DNA from: Acidobacteriota bacterium
Lineage (GTDB): Bacteria > Acidobacteriota > UBA890 > WLXD01
DNA: 64,000 nucleotides
Assembly (NCBI GenBank): GCA_965205505.1
Contig: CBDBHB010000007.1
Location: forward strand, 192,001 to 256,000
Direction: 5' to 3'
The stretch's first letter is position 1. The number at the start of each line of letters is the position of its first letter. The translations under genes were made by a program, and so were the position numbers. Under the pieces are notes generated by a model. It did not search any database. It had not been told where the DNA came from and saw only the letters and a list, made by a program, of their open reading frames with translations. This document shows positions 22,541 through 31,985 of the stretch, piece by piece.

Positions 22541-23626
22541 CTACAGACTGTGGTCCACGATGAAACCATTCTCGCAAATGGTCAGATCGTCCAGTTGAAC
22601 CGTAGGTCGCATCAACAAAATGTCCCAATGTATGTGCGATACATTGGGCTCCAGGTCGGAGCCATGCCATATACGCGCCATCAGGCTGCTGTCGCCAATT
22701 CCACAAACGACGGTACCACGCAGCTTTTCGAATTCTTGATGCTGTGTAAGCATCGCGCGCGAGTTCAAGCCCAGATTCAGATGTACCGGGCCGTACGCGG
22801 CGGAATCGTCAGGCTGTTCGGCAAGCCAGTGACTCAGGCGGCCTGCGAACAATGGCTCGCCCCGAACATCTACTATCTTGCCCTTCTCGAAGGTCAAGAA
22901 CACCGGGCCGGTGGGCTTTTCGTGGTCCCAAGCCGGTTCATACAGTAGAACGCCATCTACAGCTATGATGCCGTCGCCGCGACCCTTGGGGAGCACAATT
23001 CCAGGTCCCGCAGGCGGCAGGGTCGCCCATGCTGCAGGGGTCATCTGATTCTTGTCCCGGTCCCATAGAAACTCGTCGCCATCTGCGCCTTCGAGATCGC
23101 CAATGAACAACTCGAACTCCGTCCCTTCTTCGGACGTCATACGGAGCATTTTGGCATCTGTGAAGAGCGCGGCAATCTCGATGGACTCCCTCCGCAGCTC
23201 GTGAATATCGGCAGCGAGCATTGTGCGAATGAGAGTGTCCTCGATGTGATGTCCACCGGTGCCATCCCCGGGGCACATCACGCGAGCGCCGCGCTCCACG
23301 GCATCCGCTATGAAGTCCGCATAGCCGACAGCCAAGTCGAGGATCAGGTCGGCTTCCCTGGACGCGGCTTTGACCATCGAATTCCACTCGTATCCTGGTT
23401 GTAGCGTTGGCGGCGGGGGCATCGGATTCTCCGACACTGAGACGTCGGCACCCATCGCCATGGCGGCGCCGATGAAGACCGAGACGACGTGTCGCGGTGT
23501 ACGAGAATCGGTAATGATCAGGACCCTCGTTCCTGGCTGCAGGTTGCACATATCTCGGTAGATCTTGTCGACAACAACAAGAAACTCGGGTTTCAGCTCA
23601 GTACTTACGTCCGTCGTTTCAGACAT
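22541..23626 (-). CDS. M29 aminopeptidase-fold protein (NicX-like), function uncertain
   Basis: DGIIAVDG, LTFEKGKIVDV, HLNLGLN and HWDILLMRPTVQLD. Confidence 0.6.
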   Translation of the reverse strand: MSETTDVSTELKPEFLVVVDKIYRDMCNLQPGTRVLIITDSRTPRHVVSVFIGAAMAMGADVSVSENPMPPPPTLQPGYEWNSMVKAASREADLILDLAVGYADFIADAVERGARVMCPGDGTGGHHIEDTLIRTMLAADIHELRRESIEIAALFTDAKMLRMTSEEGTEFELFIGDLEGADGDEFLWDRDKNQMTPAAWATLPPAGPGIVLPKGRGDGIIAVDGVLLYEPAWDHEKPTGPVFLTFEKGKIVDVRGEPLFAGRLSHWLAEQPDDSAAYGPVHLNLGLNSRAMLTQHQEFEKLRGTVVCGIGDSSLMARIWHGSDLEPNVSHIHWDILLMRPTVQLDDLTICENGFIVDHSL

Positions 23627-23644
23627 CGTTCAGGTGCTCCATGA

Positions 23645-24838
23645 TCATCCGGGGGTTACAGAAATACCGCACTGCTTCTTCAGTTGCTCATGGCCAATAG
23701 CCGTGTGCTCGAGCTTGCGCGCGAAACACCAGAGTAAAGCAATCACGACGACGAAGCCGGCGGCGGTCAGCAGGATGGACGGCCTGAAGTCACCGTTCGC
23801 GATCATGAAGGACAAGAGAAACGGGCCGACGGAAAATCCTGCCATCGTTACAATATTGGCAGCAGTTACGCCGCGACCAGACGGGACGAGTGTAGCCAGG
23901 ATTGCTATGAAGTAGGGCGTAACCAGGGTAATACTGGCGTTGAACACCGCTGTCCCGACCCCAAACACAATTTCAGAAGATGACAGTAACAACGAGAGTG
24001 TCGAGAGAGCGATCGCGACAGTACCGATGTAGATAGGTCGCAAGTATCCGATCCGATCGCCAAGAAGCCATGCCGCCACCATCCCTACAATCGCGGCGGA
24101 CATGCTTGGGCCCAATAGCGCGCCTGCCCTTTCTGGCGACATACCGAACGCCACGCCGATCCGCTCGAAATACGTCCAAACGCCAGTATTGAGAACATAG
24201 TGCAGAAAGAGGGCGGCGAGCACCAGGCTGGACAAGGCGAGCAGGCTGCGCTCCAGATCGCTCGGCGCGTTGTTGTTGGTCTCTCCCGTTCCAGCAACCG
24301 TGGTTGGGAAGAAGGGCAGGAGACCGCACGCGATCAGGTTGATCGCGCCCATACCGTAGAAGGCGCCCTCAATGCCGCTCGAGTGATAGACGTAGGGGAG
24401 TAACGCTAACCCTGCACCACCAACCAAGTATGGCGCGCCGAACAGGATGGCGTACGATCGTTCAACGCGCCGGGTACCTACAATCGCAACGCAGGCGACC
24501 GTATATCCCAGGCCAGCGCCCAATCCGTTAACGAAACGAACAAAGCCTAGCGTCGCAACGCTACCAACAAACCACACCGATGCTAGGCTGGTCAGAATGA
24601 CCAGCGACAGGCAGGCGAGCATCGTCAAGCGCAAATTCCATCCGGGCCGGTGAAGAAAGACAATTGCGAATATCGTTGATACCGTTGCACCCCAGAAATT
24701 GTATGAAATCAGACGTCCTGCCACGTCGGTGGACAAACCTTGATAATCGACAAGGGCCCCAAGAATGGACGGCGCAACCGCGATATAGATGTTCACCGCC
24801 ATGCTCATGAAAAGGATTGAGATAATTCTGAGTGCCAT
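23645..24838 (-). CDS. MFS transporter
   Basis: About 12 TM segments, WLLGDRIG motif; co-oriented with the gene downstream. Confidence 0.85.
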   Translation of the reverse strand: MALRIISILFMSMAVNIYIAVAPSILGALVDYQGLSTDVAGRLISYNFWGATVSTIFAIVFLHRPGWNLRLTMLACLSLVILTSLASVWFVGSVATLGFVRFVNGLGAGLGYTVACVAIVGTRRVERSYAILFGAPYLVGGAGLALLPYVYHSSGIEGAFYGMGAINLIACGLLPFFPTTVAGTGETNNNAPSDLERSLLALSSLVLAALFLHYVLNTGVWTYFERIGVAFGMSPERAGALLGPSMSAAIVGMVAAWLLGDRIGYLRPIYIGTVAIALSTLSLLLSSSEIVFGVGTAVFNASITLVTPYFIAILATLVPSGRGVTAANIVTMAGFSVGPFLLSFMIANGDFRPSILLTAAGFVVVIALLWCFARKLEHTAIGHEQLKKQCGISVTPG

Positions 24839-24892
24839 CGTTTGACCCGTGGTTGCTCAGCCCCTTCGTATGAATCGGTCCGCTGTAATCAT

Positions 24893-24909
24893 GTGTGTAA
24901 TGTACACAC
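24893..24909. promoter_or_regulatory. Palindromic operator candidate
   Basis: GTGTGTA-ATG-TACACAC about 55 bp upstream of the MFS start. Confidence 0.4.
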
Positions 24910-25032
24910 GGCGACCACATCATCAGAACGCTGTTGGAGATGCACACGCCGGAGTACGCCTGTAATCGCGAGGCGGTGCCAACCCTGCGCGTCGAGGTGC
25001 CCGCGCCGACCTATCCGGGGCTGGCGCAGAGG

Positions 25033-26127
25033 CTAGCGCCGGGTCGACCGAATGAACGCGCCGCCCTGCGATACCACCGTGCCGTAGACGTTGCCTGCGG
25101 CATCGACGGCCACGCCTTCCGGGTTCGAGCCGTTGGGGTACCTAGAGACCTTGCCGTTGATCAAATAATCGACGATGCCGGTCCTCAGGCTTCCGACGCG
25201 AATGCCGGTGATCCAGCCCGGGTTCTGAGAGTTCGCGAACAGGGACTCGGAGTCGGCGACGTAGATCGTGTCGTCGTCGGTGATATAGATGCCACTCGGC
25301 CGTCCAAACTGCCTGAGCTCACCGATGTACGTGCCATCGAGCTCGAAGATCTGCAAGCGGTTGTTTCCACGGTCACCGACGATCAGCCGGCCTTGTGAGT
25401 CGATGTCCAGGGCGTGAGGGGTGCGCATCTCGCCGGGACCGGAACCGAGCCTGCCCCATGACGTGATGAAGCTGCCGTCACGGTTGAACTTGGCGATGCG
25501 GGCGACCGTCTCCGGCGGAGCGTTGAGATTCTGGCCCCCGTGGCCGTCTCCGACGTAGGCATTGCCATCCGCGTCGGTTACCACGTCGTTAGGCGTGTTG
25601 AGCAGCGCGCCCCGGCCATCTCCGGGCGAGCCGGGTCGGCCGAGCGTGAGGAGGATGTCGCCATCGGGACTCAACTTGATGACCACATGACCCTTGCCCG
25701 CGCTCGCCGGATTGGTGGGGTCCGGCCCCTGCGCGTCGGTGACCCAAACGTTGCCGTCACGATCCACATGGATCCCGTGCGGGAAAAGAAACAGCCCACC
25801 GCCCATGCTAGCGACGACGTTGCCTTGAGGATCGATCTTGAGGATCGGATCGAGATCGGACCCGGCGCAGGAGTTGGCTCCGCATCGGTCGATCGCCCAA
25901 ATGTGGCGGCCGTCGGGATCGATGTCGACGCCCGCCGTCGAGCCCCAAGTCCTGCCGTCCGGCAGGGTCACCCACTCCTCACCGGTGTAGGGATCCGGCA
26001 TGCCGTTCAGAGGGTAGATGTTCGGCAGGCGTTCCAGGACCTGGGCATGGGTGACCGCCGGGGTCGACACGATCAGCGCGGTGACAACTGCACCCAAGAA
26101 CGATGTCGCCGGCTTCGAGAATGTCAT
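25033..26127 (-). CDS. Secreted NHL-repeat (PAL-like) protein
   Basis: FPHGIHVDRDGNVWVTD, GPGEMRTPH and DRGNNRLQIF; signal peptide ending AHA-Q-like. Confidence 0.88.
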   Translation of the reverse strand: MTFSKPATSFLGAVVTALIVSTPAVTHAQVLERLPNIYPLNGMPDPYTGEEWVTLPDGRTWGSTAGVDIDPDGRHIWAIDRCGANSCAGSDLDPILKIDPQGNVVASMGGGLFLFPHGIHVDRDGNVWVTDAQGPDPTNPASAGKGHVVIKLSPDGDILLTLGRPGSPGDGRGALLNTPNDVVTDADGNAYVGDGHGGQNLNAPPETVARIAKFNRDGSFITSWGRLGSGPGEMRTPHALDIDSQGRLIVGDRGNNRLQIFELDGTYIGELRQFGRPSGIYITDDDTIYVADSESLFANSQNPGWITGIRVGSLRTGIVDYLINGKVSRYPNGSNPEGVAVDAAGNVYGTVVSQGGAFIRSTRR

Positions 26128-26184
26128 TCCGCTCCTGCTGGGTGTCGGGCTCCGCCCGGGGCGTCGGGTCAAGCGGCTCCCATC

Positions 26185-27046
26185 TTACTGCGGTGTGCGC
26201 GCCCGAGTCATGGAGCGAGAACAGGCTCGCGCCGGAGTTCCGTCGATGACCTCCTCGATCGCGGCGAGCGCTTGCGCAAAGGCCTTCGGCTCGTCGGAGC
26301 CAAAGGCGAGGCGGAAGTGCTTGGGGCGACCGAAGCAGTCGCCGGGCGACAGCAGGATTCCCACCGCCGCCAGCTTCTGACAAAGCGGCCATGCTGAGGA
26401 CTCGCCGACGATCCAAGGGAATGCGACCAGCCCGCCCTCGGGCTCGACCCAATCGAATCGGTCGGGGTGATGGTCGAAGAAGGCGCGTAGGACTGTGAGA
26501 TTCTGGCTACCGAGCGACTGTGCGCGGGCCAGGACTCGCTGGCGCTGCCGCAGGCCGATCGCCGAAAGTCGCTCCGACAACGGTGAGGTCGAGATCGTGA
26601 AGAAGCGCCGAATGTCAAAGTAGCGCTTCCGACGCCCGGCGTCCGCGTCGACGACCCAGCCCAGTCGCAGCCCGGCCAGCGACATGGCTTTGGACATATC
26701 CCCAACCAGCACGGCGCCGTCGACTTCGGCGCCTGGCGGCGAGGTCCCCGCATGGGCGATCGGGTGCTGTACCTGATCGATCGCCACCGCTACGCCTCGG
26801 TGCGCCGCGGCCTCCTGGATGGTACGCATGGCAGTCGTGCCGACGATGGTACCCGTGGGGTTGTGGGGCGTGTTGACGACGACCAGGCCGGTGCGGTCGT
26901 CGATGAGGTCGATGACCTCCCCCGGATCCAGCCGGAAGCCGTCGTCGCGGATCAGCCGATAGGGACGCGGCTCCTGGTCGAAGATCTCCGGCAGCGCACC
27001 GAAGCCGGGGTATCCGGGATCCGGGAGCACAACGTTGCCGCCCACG
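26185..27046 (-). pseudogene. 5'-truncated PLP aminotransferase, paralog of 55654-56772
   Basis: Closely colinear with the intact copy from GGNVV onward (NTPHNPTG, DMSKAMSLAGLRLGW); about 95 N-terminal codons missing. Confidence 0.82.
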
Positions 27047-28846
27047 GTGGCGCTCGCAGGTGTGCCAACCCAGGTCACGGTCACGGGTGCGGTCGGTTCG
27101 CTGTCGGGGCTGGTGCTTCGGGCCGGCGGCAGCCGCTACGCGGCGGTGGTCGACGGGGACACGGCGAGGTTTGTCGATCTCAGGCTGCAGCTTGGCAAGT
27201 CGCGTCTGGAGCTGGAATCCGGCGGCGTGGTGGTGGGCACCGCCGACGTGCGCGTGTTGCCGGGCTGGGTGTCGATCATTCCGCCGCTGCTTGCCATCGC
27301 CGTGGCGCTGGTATCCAAGCAGGTGATCCCGGCGCTGTTCCTGGGGGTCTGGTTCGGGGCCACGGCGCTGATCGGCTTCACGCCAGCCGGCGCGTTCCGT
27401 GGCCTGCTCGATACCTACGCCGTTCACGTGTTCGGCGCCGTCGTCAATCCGAGCCAGGCACAGGTCCTGCTGTTTTCTTTCATGATCGGCGGCATGATCG
27501 GCATCGTCATCAAGAACGGTGGCATGCAGGGCGTGGTCAACAAGATCGCGCGGTTTGCGACCGATCGGCGCCGCGGGCTGTTGACCGCCGCTACCCTCGG
27601 GCTGGCGGTTTTCTTCGACGGCTACACCAACATTTTGATAATGGGCAACACCATGCGCCAGGTGACGGATCGCCTGCGCATCTCGCGAGAGAAGCTCGCC
27701 TACATCGTCGACTCGACCGCTGCTCCGGTTGCCTCTGTGGCGGTGGTATCCACCTGGATCGGCTACCAGGTGGGGCTGATCGGAGCGGTTCTCGAACAGA
27801 TCGGGACGATTCGCGAATCGGCCTATTCGATCTTCCTCAACTCGATCGCCTACAGCTTCTATCCCTGGTTGACGATGTTCATGGTGTTCACGCTGGCGGC
27901 GCTGGGCCGTGATTTCGGCTCTATGCGGGTAGCGGAGGAGCGCGCGCGGGACGGTCAGGTGCTCGGGCCGGGGGCCAAGGTCGACCAGGCGGTGGCCGCC
28001 GATGCCCCGGAGCTGCACGTCGATGAGGAGAAACCGGTGCGCGCCATCAACGCCGTGGTGCCGATTCTGGTGCGCATCGGCGGCGTGCTCGGGGGGCTGT
28101 GGGCAACGGGCACCGGGGACTCGCTTCGCGACATCATCGGCACCGCCAATTCCAACACCGCGCTGATGTGGGGGTCGCTGCTGGCGGTCACCGTCGCGGT
28201 GGCGTTAACGCTCGCGCAGCGCATCCTGACCCTCACCGAGATCGTCGACGCCTGGTACGCCGGGCTCAAGCAGATGCTGTACGCGTTGATCATCCTGGTG
28301 CTGGCATGGTCGCTGACCTCGGTGGTCGGCGGATTACAAACGGCCAGCTACTTGGTGTCGATCCTGGGAGAGTCGCTGGCACCCGGTATGGTGCCGTCGA
28401 TGGTGTTCGTGCTCGCCGCGGCCACGGCCTTCGCCACCGGGTCGAGCTGGGCAACCATGGGCATCCTGATGCCGCTGGTCATGCCGCTCGTGTGGGCCGT
28501 GCTGACCGCCGCCGGGGCCCAGGAACAGATGCACATCCTGTACTCGGCGGTTTCGTGCGTGATCTCCGGCGCCGTTCTGGGAGACCACATCTCGCCCATC
28601 TCCGACACCACCATCCTGTCGTCGATGGCCTCGGGGTGCGATCACATCGAGCACGTCCGCACGCAGTTGCCCTACGCGCTGATCGTGGGCGCGGTGGGGA
28701 TCGGCCTGGGCACGCTCCCCGCCGGGTTCGGCCTGCCGTGGTGGCTCGGAATGCTGGCTGGAGGGGCGGCCATCTACAGCATCTTGCGCTACGTGGGCAA
28801 GCCGGTGGTGGCCGCCGCATCGGCACCGCGGGCACCAGATAGTTGA
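27035..28846 (+). CDS. Na+/H+ antiporter NhaC-family permease (5' end possibly truncated)
   Basis: SREKLAYIVDSTAAP, ATGSSWATMGI, GDHISPISDTTILSS and HVRTQLPYA. Confidence 0.88.
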   Translation: MPPTVALAGVPTQVTVTGAVGSLSGLVLRAGGSRYAAVVDGDTARFVDLRLQLGKSRLELESGGVVVGTADVRVLPGWVSIIPPLLAIAVALVSKQVIPALFLGVWFGATALIGFTPAGAFRGLLDTYAVHVFGAVVNPSQAQVLLFSFMIGGMIGIVIKNGGMQGVVNKIARFATDRRRGLLTAATLGLAVFFDGYTNILIMGNTMRQVTDRLRISREKLAYIVDSTAAPVASVAVVSTWIGYQVGLIGAVLEQIGTIRESAYSIFLNSIAYSFYPWLTMFMVFTLAALGRDFGSMRVAEERARDGQVLGPGAKVDQAVAADAPELHVDEEKPVRAINAVVPILVRIGGVLGGLWATGTGDSLRDIIGTANSNTALMWGSLLAVTVAVALTLAQRILTLTEIVDAWYAGLKQMLYALIILVLAWSLTSVVGGLQTASYLVSILGESLAPGMVPSMVFVLAAATAFATGSSWATMGILMPLVMPLVWAVLTAAGAQEQMHILYSAVSCVISGAVLGDHISPISDTTILSSMASGCDHIEHVRTQLPYALIVGAVGIGLGTLPAGFGLPWWLGMLAGGAAIYSILRYVGKPVVAAASAPRAPDS

Positions 28847-29098
28847 GCTACTTCGTGACCGGCTGATGCGTGGTGCCGGCCTCGGCCCGAGCAGCTCGGT
28901 GTGTTCAGTGTTCACCGTGTCAACGATGAAGCGGTTCGTGCAGGCAACCGCTACGAACCACGAGTCCAGGAATGCGCCGACAAGCATCTGTGCGCCCTGG
29001 CCAACGATGAAGCGGCACCGACACACGCCCGGCGTCCGCCGCTGATGGTACGGTGAAGTTCGACGGTTTCAACGAAGCTTCACCGGGAGGAGGGCAGC

Positions 29099-30089
29099 GT
29101 GCACGGACTGGGTAAGTTACTGGCGATCGTGGTTATCGCCGCCATGCTGCTGCCGCTCCAGGCGTCTGGCGAGGCGCCGCAGGGCCGCGGCCCGACGAAT
29201 CGCGACCGATCCGACTTCACCATGCTCAGCGAGGAGGGCTTTCCGCTGAACGTCGATCCGGAGATCGTCGCCGCGTCCGAGGCAGAAATTGGAGACGACG
29301 ACATCGTCATGGGTGTGGTGATCAACGGCCAAGCACGCGCCTATCCGGTCAACTACATGAACGGGCCGAACAACGAGGTCGTCAACGACGAGCTCGGTGG
29401 AGAGCTCATCGCGCCGAGCTGGTGACCGATCGATCACAGCGGCGTCGTGTACGCCCGCGAGTTTGACGGCCGGGAGCTGCAATTCGGCGTGGTCGGCGTC
29501 GACGAGGGCACGCTCATCATGTACGACGCACAGACTCGCTCGCATTGGAACTGGAAGGAACAGCGCTCGAAAAGCGTGCGTCGATGATGACGACCTGGCG
29601 TCAATGGCGGGAGATGCATCCCGAGACTACGGTCTATGTAAAGTCTGCGGTCCCTTATCGAGCGCGGTTCACTCGGGAGACCTTCGACGAGATCGCCAAC
29701 CAACCGCCTGGGCCTATCCGTTCGGAGGACCTGATCGTCGGCCTCGAGGGTCGTCGAAGCGCGCGCCTATCTGGTGCGGCGGCTCGCTAGCAAGCGCTTG
29801 CTCGAGGACGTCTTCGAGAACGCGCCGATCGTCGTGTACCTGGCGCCGGACCTGGCCACGGCGCGTATCTACCTACGAAGGCTGAACGACCAGGAGTTGA
29901 GCTTCAGCCTCGACTCCGACGATCGGCTGCGGGATCAGCAAACCGGCTCGAAGTGGAATCTGATCACCGGCGAGGCGGTTTCGGGAGCGCTCCAGGGAGA
30001 AGCATCTGCAGCCGATAATCTCGACCTACTCTCTCTGGTTCGCGTGGGAGAAGTACCGGCCTGACACGACCGTGCACGCCGAGGAGTAG
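29099..30089 (+). pseudogene. DUF3179 selenoprotein with in-frame UGA and three downstream frameshifts
   Basis: ARAYP...EVVND...SW-U-PIDHSG...LIMYDAQTRSHW; then TTWRQWREMHPETTV, DQQTGSKWNLITGEAVSG and WFAWEKYRPDT in shifting frames. Confidence 0.78.
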
Positions 30090-30298
30090 GGCTCGAATCA
30101 CTCGCAGGCCGTTCTTACCTGACTCACGCGGGCGTATTCCGACGTACCCACGCGCGCGGTGACGGGCGTCACAGATCGCCCCGCAAGAGTGGACGAATGC
30201 GCGCCATTCGCCCCTCCGTCGGGAAACGATGGAATTGCAGGACATCGTGGCCGGGTACGACACGATCGGGTGAACCGGCCAGCTCGATCATAGGCCTG

Positions 30299-31744
30299 CT
30301 AGGGATCAGGCGTTCCCGGGTCCGCGGCCAGCGATGCGCGGTGCTGCCGCACCGCCCGGTTCAGAGGCCCTGCCGCCCAGCTGTCCTGGAATTGGTGGCG
30401 AAGAGGCTCTTGCTCCTTCGGGTCTTTGAACAAGTTGTAGTAGGCGGGTCGAGTTCGGATGGTGATCGGCTGCCCGATGCGCTCGATTTCCTTGTAGAGC
30501 ATCTTCCAGTTGCGCCACTTCGCGCCGTAGACCTCGTTGCCCACATACAGGACGAGCGACTCGCGGGCGGGCTTGTCGGTCTTGCCCATCAGGAAGTCGG
30601 AGTAATCGGCGCTGTCCATCACCCGGTCGGTGGGCATCTCGGCGCCCACCATGGCTGCCAACGTGCCGTAGACATCCATGGCGTGGACGATCTCGTTGGA
30701 CTTTCGCATCGCGGGGATCTTGCCGGGCCAGCGGATCAGGAACGGCACCCGATAGGCGCCCTCGTAGCTCGTGTAGATGCCGCCTCGCCAGGGTCCGTTG
30801 AAGCCCTCGCGCTCAATGCCGCCATACCCTCCGTTGTCGGAGGTGAAGATGAAGATGGTGTCGTCTTTCAGGCCCAGCTCATCGATCGTGTCGAGCAGAT
30901 CGCCCACGTACTCGTCGGTCTGAGCCAGGATGTCGGCGAAGTTTCCGTTGCCCGTTCTTCCCTTGGTGGCGGGATGGGGATCATGGGGTGTATGCGTTTG
31001 CGTGTAGGGCACGTAGGCGAAGAAGGGCTCTCCTTCTCCCGCCTTGCGGCGGATGAACTCGAGCGCGCGGTCGGTGCTCTCGCGGTCGATCGTCGCTCGC
31101 CTGGCACGGTCATAGACCTCCAGCACGGTGGGCCGCTCGCCTCGAGTCGCGGTCATGACGTGTTGGTAGTTCAGATCCAAGTCGGCCGGAACCGAGTTGC
31201 TGTCGGGCCAGTACGCCTCGTTGGAGGAGCGCGGGATGCCCCACCACTCGTCGAACCCCTGATCGGTGGGGAAGCGACCGTCGACCTCGCCCAGATGCCA
31301 CTTGCCGAACATGCCGGTAGCATAGCCGGCGTCCGACAGCATCTCCGGCAGCGTGTACTCCCACTCGGTGAGCCCGTACCACTCGGATCGCACCGTGCCG
31401 TCCTGCCGCAGCCGCGTGCGCATGGAGTACCGTCCGCTCATCAGCGCTGCGCGTGTCGGCGTGCACTCGGAGTCGACGTTGTAGTTGGTCAGCTGAAAGC
31501 CCTCATGGGCGATGCTGTCGATACGGGGTGTCGGTGCGCCGCGTATTGCGCCACCGCCATAGATCCCGGGTTCGCCATAGCCAAAGTTGTCCATCATGAC
31601 AAGCACTATGTTCGGCTTTTCTTCATTGCGCTGCTCGGAAGAGACCTCCGACTCTCGCGCATCACCCGCCGTAGACAGCGCCGGTAACGCGATCACCAGC
31701 ACCATCAACGACAACGTCAACAACAGCGGCGCGCGGACTCTCAT
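30299..31744 (-). CDS. Arylsulfatase
   Basis: CTPTR formylglycine motif, GKWHLG, SDNG; signal peptide; the stop lies in CTAGCAGGCC. Confidence 0.93.
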   Translation of the reverse strand: MRVRAPLLLTLSLMVLVIALPALSTAGDARESEVSSEQRNEEKPNIVLVMMDNFGYGEPGIYGGGAIRGAPTPRIDSIAHEGFQLTNYNVDSECTPTRAALMSGRYSMRTRLRQDGTVRSEWYGLTEWEYTLPEMLSDAGYATGMFGKWHLGEVDGRFPTDQGFDEWWGIPRSSNEAYWPDSNSVPADLDLNYQHVMTATRGERPTVLEVYDRARRATIDRESTDRALEFIRRKAGEGEPFFAYVPYTQTHTPHDPHPATKGRTGNGNFADILAQTDEYVGDLLDTIDELGLKDDTIFIFTSDNGGYGGIEREGFNGPWRGGIYTSYEGAYRVPFLIRWPGKIPAMRKSNEIVHAMDVYGTLAAMVGAEMPTDRVMDSADYSDFLMGKTDKPARESLVLYVGNEVYGAKWRNWKMLYKEIERIGQPITIRTRPAYYNLFKDPKEQEPLRHQFQDSWAAGPLNRAVRQHRASLAADPGTPDP

Positions 31745-31837
31745 CACAGCCTCCTCTGATACCGAGAACACGAATTTGGCAGTCCAACGTCACCCGCCAA
31801 CGCCATAGATGCTCGCTCGCGAGAGCTCAGCCGAGGA

Positions 31838-31876
31838 CGCTACGGGTCCGTCGGCACGAGCCGTGCGCTGAGCTCG
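31838..31876 (-). repeat. Kinase-family 3' terminus remnant (RLVPTDP*)
   Basis: 31838-31863 is identical over 26 bp to 837-862. Confidence 0.65.
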
Positions 31877-31985
31877 TGATTGACTCCCTAATTTTGGAGA
31901 TACTACTCGCTTGCGAGTAAGAAGCCGATACGCCCATCAACGGAGCGTGCGACCGGCAAAGCCCCGCCTACACAGGAGGTCTTGG

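Noticed and set aside
28920-29015. CAACGATGAAGCGG repeated twice
   Set aside because: Only two copies and no supporting structure.
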